Of a stretch of 56,092 nt of DNA, positions 55,949 through 56,092 are shown piece by piece. Source of the DNA: a virus (Duplodnaviria > Caudoviricetes); IMG/VR virus record IMGVR_UViG_3300036851_000592, positions 1-56,092 of that record. One strand, given 5' to 3'. A program made the position numbers and the translations under genes. Positions within the stretch are counted from its first letter, which is position 1. Each line of letters begins with the position of its first letter. The notes beneath the pieces were generated by a model that saw nothing but the letters and a program-made list of their open reading frames with translations, did no database searches and was not told where the DNA came from.

Positions 55949-56092
55949 AGCCATGACCGACACCGACAAGCTGATAGAGCGGCTGGAGTTTTGGAGCAAA
56001 CACCAGTACCGCGTGGTTGATAGCCCTTGGGGAACAAGTCCCAACGGAGACCTTCGCTTAGCCGCCTCCGAACTCACCCGCCTGCGCCAGCG
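55949..56092 (+). repeat. Right direct repeat and start of the wrap-around gene (ATG 55953)
   Basis: Matches 53817 onward; last 105 nt equal bases 1-105. Confidence 0.9.

Noticed and set aside
55461-56037. ORFs with repeated peptides such as VIGIPPMQGVR and LTPCIGGMPMT
   Set aside because: Translation artefacts of the CRISPR repeats (66-nt period)
1-56092. tRNA or rRNA genes
   Set aside because: No cloverleaf or rRNA-like sequence recognised; tRNAscan-SE not run

Overview
The window looks like a complete, circularly permuted ~56 kb GC-rich lambda-like siphophage genome, probably of an alphaproteobacterial host (host is inference). Bases 1-105 repeat 55988-56092, giving a ~55,987 bp circle. 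A long minus-strand arm runs from a Cro-like gene through replication, methylases, terminase, head, tail and lysis genes. A plus-strand arm carries recombination and accessory genes. I found no integrase and no CI-type repressor. The standout is a compact CRISPR module at 54026-55908: a 440-aa Cas12m (type V-M/V-U1)-like protein with a degenerate RuvC site and no zinc finger, followed 5 nt later by a 9-repeat/8-spacer array, with no cas1/cas2. Four of the eight spacers match this phage's own genes at 0-2 mismatches (head decoration, major tail, tape measure, and a small putative DNA-binding gene). The module lies between ~166-bp direct repeats. Other notable items are a direct-repeat-flanked HEPN-like cassette, a glycosyltransferase/FkbM cluster inside the head operon, a duplicated 109-bp promoter/operator block, palindromic iterons and an in-frame HNH in the replication gene, and a nested alternative-frame ORF in the C5 methylase. 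All family calls come from motif recognition by eye; no database searches were run.
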